From Atractiella rhizophila (lineage: Eukaryota): a stretch of 64,000 nt of DNA. How positions within the stretch are numbered: the stretch's first letter is position 1; each line of letters starts with the position of its first letter. Positions 12,651 to 24,731 of this stretch are shown here, one piece after another. The stretch spans positions 1 to 64,000 of the forward strand of contig MU271412.1 of assembly GCA_021432655.1 (NCBI GenBank), read 5' to 3'. The position numbers were made by a program, and so were the translations under genes. Under the pieces are notes generated by a model that saw only the letters and a program-made list of their open reading frames with translations, made no database searches and was not told where the DNA came from.

Positions 12651-13201
12651 ATCAGAGAAGAGAATGCCTACTATTAAAGAACGGACTTTCTGATTTAAAT
12701 CTGCAATTTCACACTCGTTACATATAATCATGTTACAATGTCGTCTCAACAAAAGCAAAGACCTTAGACGCGGTATGACGACGAGCACTACGCGACAGTT
12801 TCCTAAACGTCAATTCATCACCAAGACCTGTACCAATAAACTGTAGGTTATGGACGCTTTTGATCGTGAAGAATGATAACAGCAGCAGAGTGTGTAGATC
12901 AACTGAAGTCAGCCTTTGCAATTCCACGATACAGTCCATGATAGTAGACAAATCAGAATTGACAACGCTGACGCGTATTGACAGGATGCATTGAGGCAAT
13001 CAAATACCACAAGCTGTTACGACAACGTTATTATAAAGATTGCATTGGTAGAATCGGTACCCAACATCACAAGATTTTCAGAGTTGAGCACTATGGAACA
13101 CACGAGGCAGGAGATTAGGACATGATCTCTCAAGTTAGAACATAGCTGTCTAGGACCAACCGGCACACCTGAACATATTTTCAAAATTCGTTGACAACAG
13201 T

Positions 13202-14765
13202 ACAGTTTATGGTCAACATAGGCTTCCTCTTGACTATCACGACAGCAATAATATGCCGCTTCTCATCCGGTACTTATGACAAGTCGTTAATTTGAGATCA
13301 ACAGATTACCCATTGGAGGGCTTGCATGTACCCATTCGCATACCCTGCAGACGAGCTGTAGGGTCATCAATGGCACAACTAGTAAGGCAACACGTCTTCT
13401 CAACTCCCCTCCGGCTGTCAACGTACATTCCATGTTCTACTCCCCTAATTAGTGTTTTCCAACCTCAGCGGAATATTGCAGCCATTGCAACAGCAATGAA
13501 TGTACTGAAAGCTTTTCTGTCTAGACATGAGTAAGTCACTTGTTGAACCGACCATCTGTCCCGTAGGTTTCGCTGCCCGTGGTAGCCTGAGCTTGTGGCA
13601 GCATCGACGTGCTAAAAGTCACATAAAAGTAATGTCATACACACCAAATGCCAATGATCACACTATTACAATGGCGCAGTTTCCACATCAATATCCGGAG
13701 GACTATGATCGTCCCCATGTCTCTCTCTCGAAGCATTGTAACTAAATAAGTAAATCTGTCTATAAATCCCATCTACTGAGTGAGATGGAATCTCATACAA
13801 ATCACATAGCCACCATTTAATTTCCTGAGCATTTTCCCCACCGCTACTACATGTCGAACGATTATTTCTTTGGAATCCATGACGACATTCCTACTCGCCA
13901 TTCTCAGGGGTCTCTCACTGAAGAACCTACATCAACTACGAGAGGTCCGGCTATAAGTGGCACATCACTAACACTTGGTGGTATCAGGTTCCACTGGACG
14001 GCATCTGGAGTCGAAATATTGATACCGTGGTAGGGGCAATAACGTATGCCACTGGCATTTACAATCATGGATATAGTGTTATTTTGCTCATCTAGAGTGC
14101 GGTATCAGTGCCGAAACGCGTATCATATCTATATGAAGCCTTACATATAGAAATATAGGTAATGGTTGTCGAATCCATTTCAGGAGTCCAACCACGATGA
14201 AACCAAGACGTATATGTGATCGCTAGTGACAGCTTAGCGAAGTGAGTGGACGACATTGGGTTCGACGTTGACGAGTAGAGTCAGTGGATGCACTTGTACG
14301 AGCAGCAATGGTGTGAATTTGGTGTTAGTATTTCGTCAAAGTCAAACCAAGCAGTTGTTAGGTAACTAATCTTTCACGTTTGTGCTAAAAAACTGATCAA
14401 AGCGCCGTCTACTGTGTCCAAAGCGCCTGTGACAAGTACCATCAGCAGCTGACGGAAGATTTATCAACGCGAACCTTCGACCCATCCCTTCTTCGCAGCA
14501 ATCCCCTCTCCAATGATCCAAACGTTTTCATCCCGTCCAGCTGCGTCACCGCTCGTCGCCCATTCCTACACCAATACTGGTGAGCCGTCTCAATCTCAAA
14601 GGGAACGCACTTCAAGGTCGTGCTTATTGAGGCCTCCCAGCGAGGGCAAATGGTTGCCACCGTCCTCCCAATAGGCATACACGCACTCCACAGCCGAGGG
14701 AACGGTAATATTTGAAAATATGTATTGTAATTGGTCTTTCAGGTCTGCGTGTATCTGTTCCGGAA
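13202..14765. repeat. Tandem duplication, copy 1 (~1.57 kb; includes an orphan copy of the oxidase 3' exons)
   Basis: Aligns with 14773-16339 at an offset of ~1571-1574; an A10 run lies at the junction (14764-14773). Confidence 0.95.
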
Positions 14766-14772
14766 AAAAAAA

Positions 14773-16339
14773 ACAGTTTATGATCAACGTCAGCTTCCTC
14801 TTGATTATCACGACAGCAATAATATGCTGCTTCTCACTGGTACCTGTGACAAGTCATTAAATTTGGGATCAACAGATTACCCATTGGAAGACTTGCATAT
14901 ACCCATTCACATACCCTGCAGACGAGCTGTAGGGTCATCAATGGCACAACTAGTAAGGCAACACCTCTTCTCACCTCCCCTCCGGCTGTCAACGTCCATC
15001 CCACGTTCTACTCCCCTAATTAGTGTTTTCCAACCTCAGCGGAGTCATGCAGCCATTGTAACAGCAATGAATATACTGAAAGCTTTTCTGTCTAGACATG
15101 GGTAAGACACTTGTTGACCGACCATCTATCCCGTAGGTTTCGCTGCCCGTGGTAGCCTGAGCTTGTAGCAGCATCGACGTGCTAAAAGTCGCATAAAGTA
15201 ATGTCATACACACCAAATGCCAATGATCACAACTACTACAATGGTGCAGTTTCCACATCAATATCCAGAGGACTATGATATTCCCCATGTCTCTCTCTCG
15301 AAGCATTGTAACTAAATAAGTAAATCTGTCTATAAATCCCATCTACTGAGTGAGATGGAATCTCATACAAATCACATAGCCACCATTTAATTTCCTGAGC
15401 ATTTTCCCCACCGCTACTACATGTCGAACGGTTATTTCTTTGACATCCATGACGACATTCCTACTCGCTATTCTCAGCGGCCTCTCACTGACGAACCTAC
15501 ATCAGCTACGAGAGGTCAGGCAATAAGTGGCACATCACTAACACTTGGTGGTATCAGGTTCCACTGGACGGCATCTGGAGTCGAGATATTGACACCGTGG
15601 TAGGGGCAATAACGTATGCCACCGGCATTTACAATCATGGATAGAGTGTTGTTTTGCTCATCTAGAGCGCGGTATCAGTGCCGAACCGCGTATCATATCT
15701 ATCGATATGAAGCCTTACATATAGAAATATAGGTAATGGTTGTCGACTCCATTTCAGGAGTCCAACCACGATGAAACCAAGACGTATATGTGATCACTAG
15801 CGACAGCTTAGCGAAGTGAGTGGACGACATTGCGTTCGACGTTGACGAGTAGAGTCAGCGGATGCACTTGTACGAGCAGCAATGGTGTGAATTTGATGTT
15901 AGTATTTCGTCAAAGTCAAAGCAAGCAGTTGTTAGGTGACTAATCTTTCACATTTGTGCTAAAAAACTTATCAAAGCGCCGTCTACCGTGTCCAAAGCGC
16001 CTGTGACAAGTACCATCAGCAGCTGACGGAAGATTTATCAACGCGAACCTTCGACCCATCCCTTCTTCGCAGCAATCCCCTCTCCAATGATCCAAACGTT
16101 TTCATCCCGTCCAGCTGCGTCACCGCTCGTCGCCCATTCCTACACCAATACTGGTGAGCCGTCTCAATCTCAAAGGGAACGCACTTCAAGGTCGTGCTTA
16201 TTGAGGCCTCCCAGCGAGGGCAAATGGTTGCCACCGTCCTCCCAATAGGCATACACGCACTCCACAGCCGAGGGAACGGTAATATTTGAAAATATGTATT
16301 GTAATTGGTCTTTCAGGTCTGCGTGTATCTGTTCCGGAA
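14773..16339. repeat. Tandem duplication, copy 2 (contiguous with the full-length oxidase gene)
   Basis: Direct repeat of 13202-14765; the ORF track gives identical 78-aa translations at 14442 and 16016. Confidence 0.95.
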
Positions 16340-17887
16340 TGAGGGCAGTCATGGCCGCGGCCCAATGGCTGGCACCGGGCACTGAACAAAGACCATCAGA
16401 GTATGCGACATGCAAAGCTACAACGCCGTCAGCTAACTCTTTGTCCCATGGAGTTGACAAAGACGGACCTGCCTCCCCTTTTGCTCCTCTCCCTTTATAC
16501 GGGGTTACAGCTCCTAACTGTTTTTCGTAGCTAAGTCTTTTTTGAGAACTTCCAGAGGAGGGACGAACACAGGTTGAGTCGCTACTCAAAATTTCGTCAT
16601 CTCGCAACCCGAAACCGTCAAAGGCACCCTCCCACCACGCACTCTCATAAAGACATCCGGCCTTGAAATTCGGATTGCTTTGCGTGCCTTTCTGGATTGT
16701 CTGAAACAGAGTTTTCGTGAGCTCGCCATCGATGCGAGATATTGCCCGTGGTGGAAGCGCCAACACCAATTTGCTGGTAAAAATGCGTGAACGTCCGTTT
16801 GAAGTGCTGTCATAGGTCAAGGAATACCGGGGGAGAGCTGAGTGGATCCTGGGGACGGGGTGTATTGATGACACTGTCGTTGATGAGTAGATTTTTACAT
16901 TGGAGTTTTCATTCCCCTCAATCTCATTTTGAAGAGCACGGATGATTGACGACATCCCTACTCCGTTGTTCGTTGATGTCAATGTAACCAGGGAAAATCA
17001 TACCTCCAATGGGCCGATGGTAATCGCCAGTGTCGACGCTTCTGCTTCTCTTGCCTGTGTTTGGGATCTCTCCATTGTCCGTATCTCCCAGCATTCCTAA
17101 CTCACTTGTTAGATGGTGCCATTGGACAAATGCAAACAAACCTTTCAGGTCGAACGGCACATCAAAAAGAGCTCTGTAGCCTTCCAAACTCGCTCGGAGG
17201 AACTCCAATGCCTCATAACCCCATGTTCTACCCGCAATCGAGCGAACATCTAGGAACCTCCTTCCGCTCTCCTTCTCTCCCTCTAAAAGGGAAGCGATGA
17301 GCCCTAAAACGCGAGCGAAAATATTGTTCACTTCTCCCGGTTCGTGCTTTCTGTCATACATGTCGTACACAGGATGACCAGGTTGAATAGTGGGGAACTT
17401 GGCCTTCAGGACTTCGAGCGCGCTGGAGCCCACCATGCCTCTTGCCTCCGTAGGTCCATCAGATTTGACCCATGAATACATCGATACATTGTGACGATCC
17501 AATATCTCCAGCACACGAGCATGACCAGAATCAACTCTCCAAGCACCTGCAAAACAATCAGTTTACAGTAAATGGAAGGGAGAGAGCCTTGAAATACCTA
17601 AACCAACAGGTTCAATATCACCATCACCCAACTGCACATCGTATACTCTGCCTCCCAACCGCCCTTCCTTCTCCAGGATGCATACCGATCCTTCGAACGA
17701 AGCGTTCCTGGCAAGGGAGGCAGCAAAAGCGAGTCCAGAAGCTCCGGCTGTCGTCCGCATTGAATATTATTCTCATTCGGATGGCAGAACAAAACGAACC
17801 CCCAATAATCACAGTCTCGCAATACCGTGGTAGGTGGTAGGGACTGGTAGAACTTCCAAACAATCCCAACACGAACTGCTTCAGCAT
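15948..17887 (-). CDS. Flavin-containing amine oxidase / L-amino-acid-oxidase-like protein
   Basis: Spliced FAD-binding 'VIIG|AGASG', 'ILEKEGRLGGRV', 'RPIGG', 'LVLALPP', 'YESAWW', and C-terminal 'NVWIIGEG..KGWVEG|AL'. Confidence 0.85.
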
Positions 17888-18469
17888 CTTTGCAACCTCC
17901 GTGGTCTAGGGAGTGGCGGACACTGGGAAGGGAGCGACTTTATAGTGGAAGGATGGAAGCGCGGCCACGCCGAAACTTGAACTTGAGGTGTTGTTTGCGG
18001 ACCGAACATACAGGGTTACTCCTTCAAAATAAGTACTGTCAGTCAGAATTTGTGCCAAAGGGTTTCGAGGAGAACACGGTCCAACCCGCATTCTCTTACT
18101 CGTATGAAATCTTAGGTGTTGAATGTGCTATTCCCGCGGAGTGTTGTTTGTTGTTGTCTTCCCTCATGACGAAGGCCACTGTCCGTCCATGTCAACGTCG
18201 CACTTTTCGGCGCGGAGCATTTGTGAGGTCAATATCTGTTAGCCGAACTAGGTAGCCTTCACACGGATTAAGGAGGTTGAAGGAAATTGAATATTGAACG
18301 GGTTCTCACGTGGACGTCAACGATGCTGCCACCGCGGGACAAGGGGGAGTTCGATTCGGCCAAAAAGAGGAGACTCGATGCAATTTTCTTTCATCAGTAG
18401 AAATACTGCTTCCCATCAGCTCAATCCTTTTATCCCCGGCGAACTCACCAAGCTCTGCATACCCGAAAA

Positions 18470-20157
18470 TTAAACCACCCACTCCTCCTCCAACTTCCAA
18501 TCATCCACTCCCTCCATCCTCGCCTTCCTTCTCTCCACTGAACTTCCAGTCCCATGTTTATCCTCCTCCTCCCCTCCCTGTGCTTCACCTTGTCCTTTTC
18601 GTTTCTTTCTCATTGGCTGTCGGCGGGTGGACGTCGACGATAAGACGGATGCTCCTCTAACGCTACGAGAGGAAGGACGAGAAGCGGTGGATAAAACGGA
18701 CGCTCCTCTCGTTCGTCGAAAAGCTGTGGAGGCAAGAGAAGCACCTCTTCTCTTCCTTGGCTCGAGTCGGTCATACCTACTTTATCAATAATAGTGAACT
18801 GACCAGCAGGAGGAAGGCGGACAACCAACCGCTCCTCCTCCTCTGAAACATCTTCGGACGCAGCTTCGTCATCGAGTACCACCCTCTTCACCCTTCGACC
18901 ACTCACGCGGGGCAAGCTACATATGAGCTCTTCTGTGCTGAGAGGTTTTAATGCCTTCTCCTTGGGCTCGATGCCGCCAGTTTTGCCTTTGCCTTTCTTC
19001 TTCTTCCCAGCATTCTCCATCCCACCCTCCTCTTGCAGCTCTCCAACTGAGTGCTCCGGAGCTACAATAGGAGGAGAGAGTATTTCGGCAGCTGTGGGGA
19101 GGTAGTCGGGGGAAAGAGGGGCTGTAATCGAAGCTGGCACTGCTGGAGATGGAGGGTGATGGTTGTCAATATACAATCCCTCTTCATCCCACGCCTCTCT
19201 CATTTTGCCAGCCGTATCCATCTTCCCCATTCGTTCCTCACTCTGCTCTCTCTTCCCTTGCTCTTCTTTACTCTCCGAACGAACTGTCATCGGAGGATGT
19301 TTTCTTCTGAAGTCCTTCACAGACTTGATGATTCCAAACGGGTCTTCTCCCTCATCCATTTCCATCTCTTGCTCTGTGGGAAAAGTAGTCATCCCCCTCA
19401 ATGTCATCTCATAGTCTACAAACGCGCTTCCCCTGGGTATCTCTGGTGTGCTCTTCCGTTTTCTAGTTCCCCCTCCCGTCATCCTGGAACCTGTCGTACT
19501 TCCTCCCGCACCTACTCCCGTCCCCTTCAAATTTCTGGGAGAATAAAAGGAACCTGATGGTGCGGGGAAGTAGGATGGGTCGATGATGTGAGGGTGGGTT
19601 GGATCTTGCTCGGGTATGACGCGAGGAGGTGGTGGTGGAGAGGACAGCGATTGGTTGAGTTGCGATATGGAATCGGACGGATGGAGAGAATCGTCATCCT
19701 TACCCTGATTTCTTCCACCTCTGTCAATGCTGCCATGCTGCAGTAGCGCTTGGCTGGTTCTCTGACGTAAAGAACGCGGTGGAGTAACCTGACCAGCTCG
19801 ACGATTTGATGGACGAAAATGAGAGAGAAGGGCTGGAGAATGACGATCATCCCTTGTCGAAAAAGATATGCGAGAGCGTGACGCAGAAATTAAGTCGGTA
19901 CGCCGCTTCTTTCGAGGAGAGGAAGAAGGGGACCTCGCGCTCGCAGTGTTTCCTAACTTCTTCCTCTTCCTTCCCTGCCCATCGCTTTCATTGCGTTCAG
20001 CATCATGCTGAGATATCACATCTCCATCCACTCTTTCGCCTTTTCCATTCCATTCCTCGTCCAACTCTGGAATAGAAGGCACGTACCCAGCTCCTCCCAT
20101 AGCCTTCTCTTTTGCCCGCTCGAGCACTTGTTGGATTGACTTCGACACCCGCGACAT
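18470..20157 (-). CDS. Hypothetical low-complexity, probably nuclear protein
   Basis: 515-aa ORF with several basic NLS-like clusters; an intron near 18.77-18.82 kb leads to a last exon ending '..VDDWKLEEEWVV*'. Confidence 0.65.
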
Positions 20158-20777
20158 TTCGATCTCTCCAGCTTTTGCCTACCTTTTTTGCCTTTACAGC
20201 AGATTCTGAATCGTGTTGAATCTATGTTGGAGGTATTCAGGTCAAAAGAGCTGGTTGGAAGAAGGTATTGGAATTGGTGAGCTCTCTGTTCATGATCAGA
20301 ATTGATCCGAAGAAGTTGAGCGCGCGTAGAAGTTGAATGGTAACACGTGTAAAAACGCGTTCTCGTTTCCCATTTGCGAAATTTATCTGCATGGGATTAT
20401 CATTCAAAAAAAAACAGCAAGCAAGAACATCATTACACCCGAGTCTTCAACACGTAGTTATCGAGCGCCGATACTATGAAAAATCAACAATAACCTGTGT
20501 TGCTCTTCATTTAACGCAATGCAGAGATAAACCGAGAACGAACAATGGGTTGTAATTAAGCGAGCCTCCTAGCCCGATAATAAGGGAATCCTTCTGCCAT
20601 GAGGTCTTGATAAGGTAGGCAAACGCCGCTTCCAAAACTGCTTCTCCTCATCTCAAAATGCACCTTCACATGAACCCGCATGACCCACGATGACTCCGCT
20701 TCTCCCATCTCTCTACTATAAAGGCACTGGATATTCCAGCAAGGAATCCAAACCCGGTCATCATCGAAAGCAACAAG

Positions 20778-21464
20778 ATGCCTCCTCCACCCAAACACGT
20801 CTTTACCTCTCCAGACTACGTTCCCGATCCTACGCTCCAAGTCACACTGTCCGCCCTGTCTCCCTCACCCCTCGTCCAATTCTCCACTTGGTTAGAGATT
20901 GCGCGCAACGACCCCCGCGTCCCAGAGCCTGGAAACTTCGTCTTATCCACCTCAACTCCCAGCGGTGTTCCAAGCTCTCGCGTTGTTCTTCTTCGACATG
21001 TGGACGACCGCGGTTTCGTCTTCCTGTCCAACTACTCTTCTCGGAAGGGAATGGAAATCGAAAGCAACGAAGGCTGGGTGGCGATGAACTTCTTCTGGTA
21101 TGACCAGAACCGACAGGTTCGAGTGGTCGGGAAGGTGGAAAAGGTGTCGAGGGAGGAGAGCGAGAGGTATTTCAACTCGAGGACTCTGGACAGCAAGGTT
21201 GGGGCGTGGGCAGGGAGGCAAAGTGAGGTTGTTCCTGGTGGTGGGAGGGAGTGGTTGGATGAACAAGTCGCGCAGGCAGAGGCGAAGTTTGCCATCAAGG
21301 AAGGGAACACAGATATCCCCGTTCCTGATTTCTGGGGTGGATATCGGGTTCTTCCTACCGAAGTTGAGTTCTGGGTAGGACAATCCAACAGGTTGCATGA
21401 CAGGTTCAGATATTTGAAGGCAGAAGGGAAAGAAGAATGGGAGATCGAACGGCTGAGTCCATGA
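20778..21464 (+). CDS. PDX3: Pyridoxine/pyridoxamine 5'-phosphate oxidase
   Basis: Motifs PSSRVVLL, SNYSSRKG, RQVRVVG, YFNSR, WAGRQS, PDFWGGY, EFWVGQSNRLHDR, IERLSP; single exon. Confidence 0.95.
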   Translation: MPPPPKHVFTSPDYVPDPTLQVTLSALSPSPLVQFSTWLEIARNDPRVPEPGNFVLSTSTPSGVPSSRVVLLRHVDDRGFVFLSNYSSRKGMEIESNEGWVAMNFFWYDQNRQVRVVGKVEKVSREESERYFNSRTLDSKVGAWAGRQSEVVPGGGREWLDEQVAQAEAKFAIKEGNTDIPVPDFWGGYRVLPTEVEFWVGQSNRLHDRFRYLKAEGKEEWEIERLSP

Positions 21465-21772
21465 ATGTCCAATGAACGGTACGCCTGCACACTTTGTGAC
21501 CAACGGACTGTCTCTCATTACTCATTAGTTAAATGCACTAGTCTTAGACGAAGGCACTGGGGTGTGAGATATTTAACGGCTGCCTGACGCTGTTCAGAAG
21601 CACTTCGTCACATTCGAGTGAAATGAAACAACAGTCACAGGGTTTCCACCAGGCAAATACACGACACAATAGATTTACGTCGCAATGAGGATGTTAGAGA
21701 GGAAGATTTCTCTCTAAAGTCACTTGAACCAGCAAAAAAATTGGAGAAAGTAAGCATCGATCGAAAAAAAAA

Positions 21773-21858
21773 CACCCTAACCAAGGATCGAACCTGGAAT
21801 CTCCCGCTGGCTACACAAGTGTAGGAGGCGGACACGTTAACCATTGCGCTATTAGGGC
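21773..21858 (-). tRNA. tRNA-Arg(CCT) with ~13-nt intron
   Basis: GCCCTAA acceptor stem, TAGCGCAATGG A-box, anticodon arm TCCGC-CT-CCT-A[intron]A-GCGGG, GGTTCGATCC B-box, followed by a T9 Pol III terminator. Confidence 0.9.
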
Positions 21859-22011
21859 GAGAACGGCTGAAACAATAAGGAATTTGTATTATATCACATG
21901 AGTAAGAAGGTCCCTGCCTGAACGATTATCCTATGGTCTGAAAATTAGATAAACTGTTTGCAATCTCTCATAACATTGATAAGAGTACTCCAGGAGAGGG
22001 TAGCGCACAAT

Positions 22012-22093
22012 GCCGCGGTGGCGCAATGGGTAGCGCGTCAGCCTTCTATCTTTGTGAAGCTGAAAGTTGTGGGTTCGATCCCCACCCGTGGTG
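22012..22093 (+). tRNA. tRNA-Arg(TCT) with ~9-nt intron
   Basis: GCCGCGG/CCGTGGT acceptor stem, TGGCGCAATGG A-box, TCAGC-CT-TCT-A[TCTTTGTGA]A-GCTGA, GGTTCGATCC B-box, followed by a T5 terminator. Confidence 0.92.
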
Positions 22094-22462
22094 TTTTTGT
22101 AACCCTCTCCTTCTGGGACTTGGTTTTTCTCTTACGTGCCCGTTTTGTCCCTTTTTACAACCTTGTTTGTGATAGCGCCAGGGTGATTGATCCACACTAT
22201 TTTTGTAGAAATCAAAGAACGTTTATTCCGCACAGGACCGTGTAAGTCTACTAAACATAACGTAATAGATACGAAAGACGCAACTCAAAGACGGGAGAAG
22301 CTAGCTCAGACCGCAATTACCAATTATTCCAGTTGTTATTGTACCAAAGAAAAAAGGCGTCACTCCTCACTGAGAGGGAACCAAACAGTCTCAGACCATC
22401 ACGAGCCACATCCTTCATACCACTTGGCTTCCAACATAATTGTCTGTGGCTGCGACAGACTT

Positions 22463-23419
22463 TCAAAAACTCTCTTCCGCTTTAGAATTCCCGTTCGCCC
22501 CTCTCGCCCTCTTCATTTTCAACAACTCGCTTAAAATCTGATACCTGGGCCAAGCGGGGATGGCGGGGCTCAGCCCATTCTCGCAAAATCCCTTGAGTGC
22601 GTCCTCTTCAAGTCCGAGGATCTGCTCGATGTCATCCGCTTTTTCCTTCACAAAAACCTCCGTGTACTTTCCCACGCTGCCCACGACGTTAGGGTGTCCT
22701 TCAAAAGCCTTGAGGAGGAAAGCATGGATGCTCGAACTCCCAAAGTCGACGCTGATGGATCCAGTCACGGAAGGGGACAAGGAAGCGCGGGAGGAGGTAC
22801 GGAAGATACTGCTGGTTCGCTTGGGATTGGGGGAGACGGAGGGGTTGCTCATGGCGGATGGGGGAGGGTTTAGGATTGATGGATCACCGTGGTCGACATG
22901 TAGCAACTTGGTGATCTCCCAACAGTTAGACGTCCAGTTACGAGAGGCGAGGGCTTGAAATCTGCGCCAGGACATCAGCATTGTACTCAAAGGACAAATG
23001 GTCATAGAAAACATTCTGGGAGCGAGCAACATAAGGATGGTTAAGACAGGAAGGAACCACCGTGAGCCGACAAACCTAGCGCTTCAGTATAAAGTGCAAT
23101 GTTTTTATCTTCTCAGAATTGAGACAACGATGAACTTCTTACACTCGAAACTTGAAAGAAAGGCAAGAACAGGAATCGATCACACAACTCACCTACATCC
23201 TTCCGCAGTGCACTTCCACAACCCGGCATTAGCCCCAATCTTACTCCCCAAATTGTCTTGTTCCACAGTATGACTAGCACCAGCGAGGGCAGCGATCTTG
23301 ATGAACGCGGCGTCGAGCTCTTCCTTCTTGGTGAAGGTCTTCCGCAACGCCGGGGGCAGTTGGTGCCGGGGGACGGGGGGGAGCGTTATGTTCCCTGCTT
23401 GGAGCGTGAGGGAGGACAT
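22463..23419 (-). CDS. Putative WRKY/FAR1-like zinc-finger protein with C-terminal SAM-like domain
   Basis: Splicing the GTGAGT..GCGCAG intron (22962-23192) joins two ORFs in frame: WKCTAEGCR|FQALASRNWTSNCWEITKLLHVDH. The C-terminus 'KYTEVFVKEKADDIEQILGLEEDALKGF..PRYQILSEL' is SAM-like. Confidence 0.6.
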
Positions 23420-23835
23420 GCTCGGTTACGGCGCGAGAGAAAACTGGAGGGAGCGGGAGCGGGAGGTGAGGCTGGAAAGGATTGTGGTGGATGGATGAAA
23501 CGCGGACGATGATGATGATGATGCGGGAATCCGCCAAAATAAGATCAACTCAAGAGCCAAAGCCGATGTGCTTATCTGGCAAAAGAAAGGTAGAATCCAT
23601 GAGAGTGACGCCGTAGACGTCTGAGAGGTCGTTTGGGACAATAACCGATGAAATTACAGGGACCACCGATGATATCACAAGCATATGAACCCCCACTCCA
23701 AGTCACCTCCATCCAATTTGGATGCTCGAGAACAATCACACTTAAACCACTAGCCATCCAGAAACTGTCAATAGTGCATCATAAAGGAAGAATGTGGGTT
23801 AAGAGCTACACACATTCTCGTCAACCCTTGCGTTA

Positions 23836-24731
23836 CTAAACGGGCAACAGATTCGAGGCTCCCCGCAGCGCTGTCGCCACATTCAGTCTGTACTCCAAGC
23901 TTCTGTCCTGTAATGAAAATAAGACATACCAATCTGTCCTCCGAACCTCAGAGTCTGGATCCCTCCCGGGAAGTACGCGACGAAATAAGAGACAAGGGCT
24001 ACGACTTGGACCAACCCCGCGACAAGAGTGCCGAAATATGATTGAGACTATAAAAGAAGTTCAGCCTTTGTGGGAGAACGAACAAAGAGAAGAAGCCGGC
24101 ATGTGTGGTGACGAAAGAACGAAGAGGGATGGACATACCACGAGGGCGAAATATAGGGTGAGGAAGAGAGAGAGGAGGTAGGCAGCTGTAAATGGGAGAC
24201 GTTCGCGGGAGAAGAGATGTTTGGCTTGATTCACCGGTCCGTTTAAGATGACGAATCTGTTGCGTTTAATGCCTAATTTCAGCATTGAAACGGTAGGAAA
24301 CATGAGAGAGGGACGAACCCAAGCATGACCAACAAACTGCCAGCGCAAAACGCCACCGCGAACTTGGATGGCTTGATTAGTATCAAGGGAAGACCGATGA
24401 AGAATCCTATAGCGAAGCAGGCTGCACCACCGAGACAACAGATGATGAAACCGAGTAGTCGCTCCCAACGAGAGAGGGCGAAGAAGGCTTCCTCCTCGTT
24501 CGTCCTCGCGTTTGACCGTAAGGGAATATATCCTGAAAACCCGGAGAGGAATCCCGTTCGTTCAGAAGCGCCACCCGAGGAAGATGAAGTCGCTGGCTGG
24601 GACTGAGGAGAGGAGGCCCAACGAACTGTTTCACATGGCCAGCGAGATGATCAGAGTGAAGACGGCTGAGAAGGGGACAACCAACAGTTCGCCATGCTAG
24701 CTTTCCAGTTTGCCTCGGATTGATTTGACAT
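23836..24731 (-). CDS. SFT2: SFT2/Got1-family vesicle transport protein
   Basis: 'EEAFFALSRWERLLGF', 'LNGPVNQAKHLFSRERLPFTAAYLLSLFLTLYFAL', 'SYFVAYFPGGIQTLRFGG', C-terminal 'LLPV*'. Confidence 0.9.

Noticed and set aside
13292..14033. Short plus-strand ORFs inside the duplication (also 14731-15603)
   Set aside because: Frames are not consistently preserved between the two copies (indels, stop differences) and there is no recognisable domain; at most a decayed gene.
21774..21782. Interstitial telomere-like ACCCTAACC / telomerase RNA template
   Set aside because: It is the acceptor/T-stem of tRNA-Arg(CCT) on the opposite strand.
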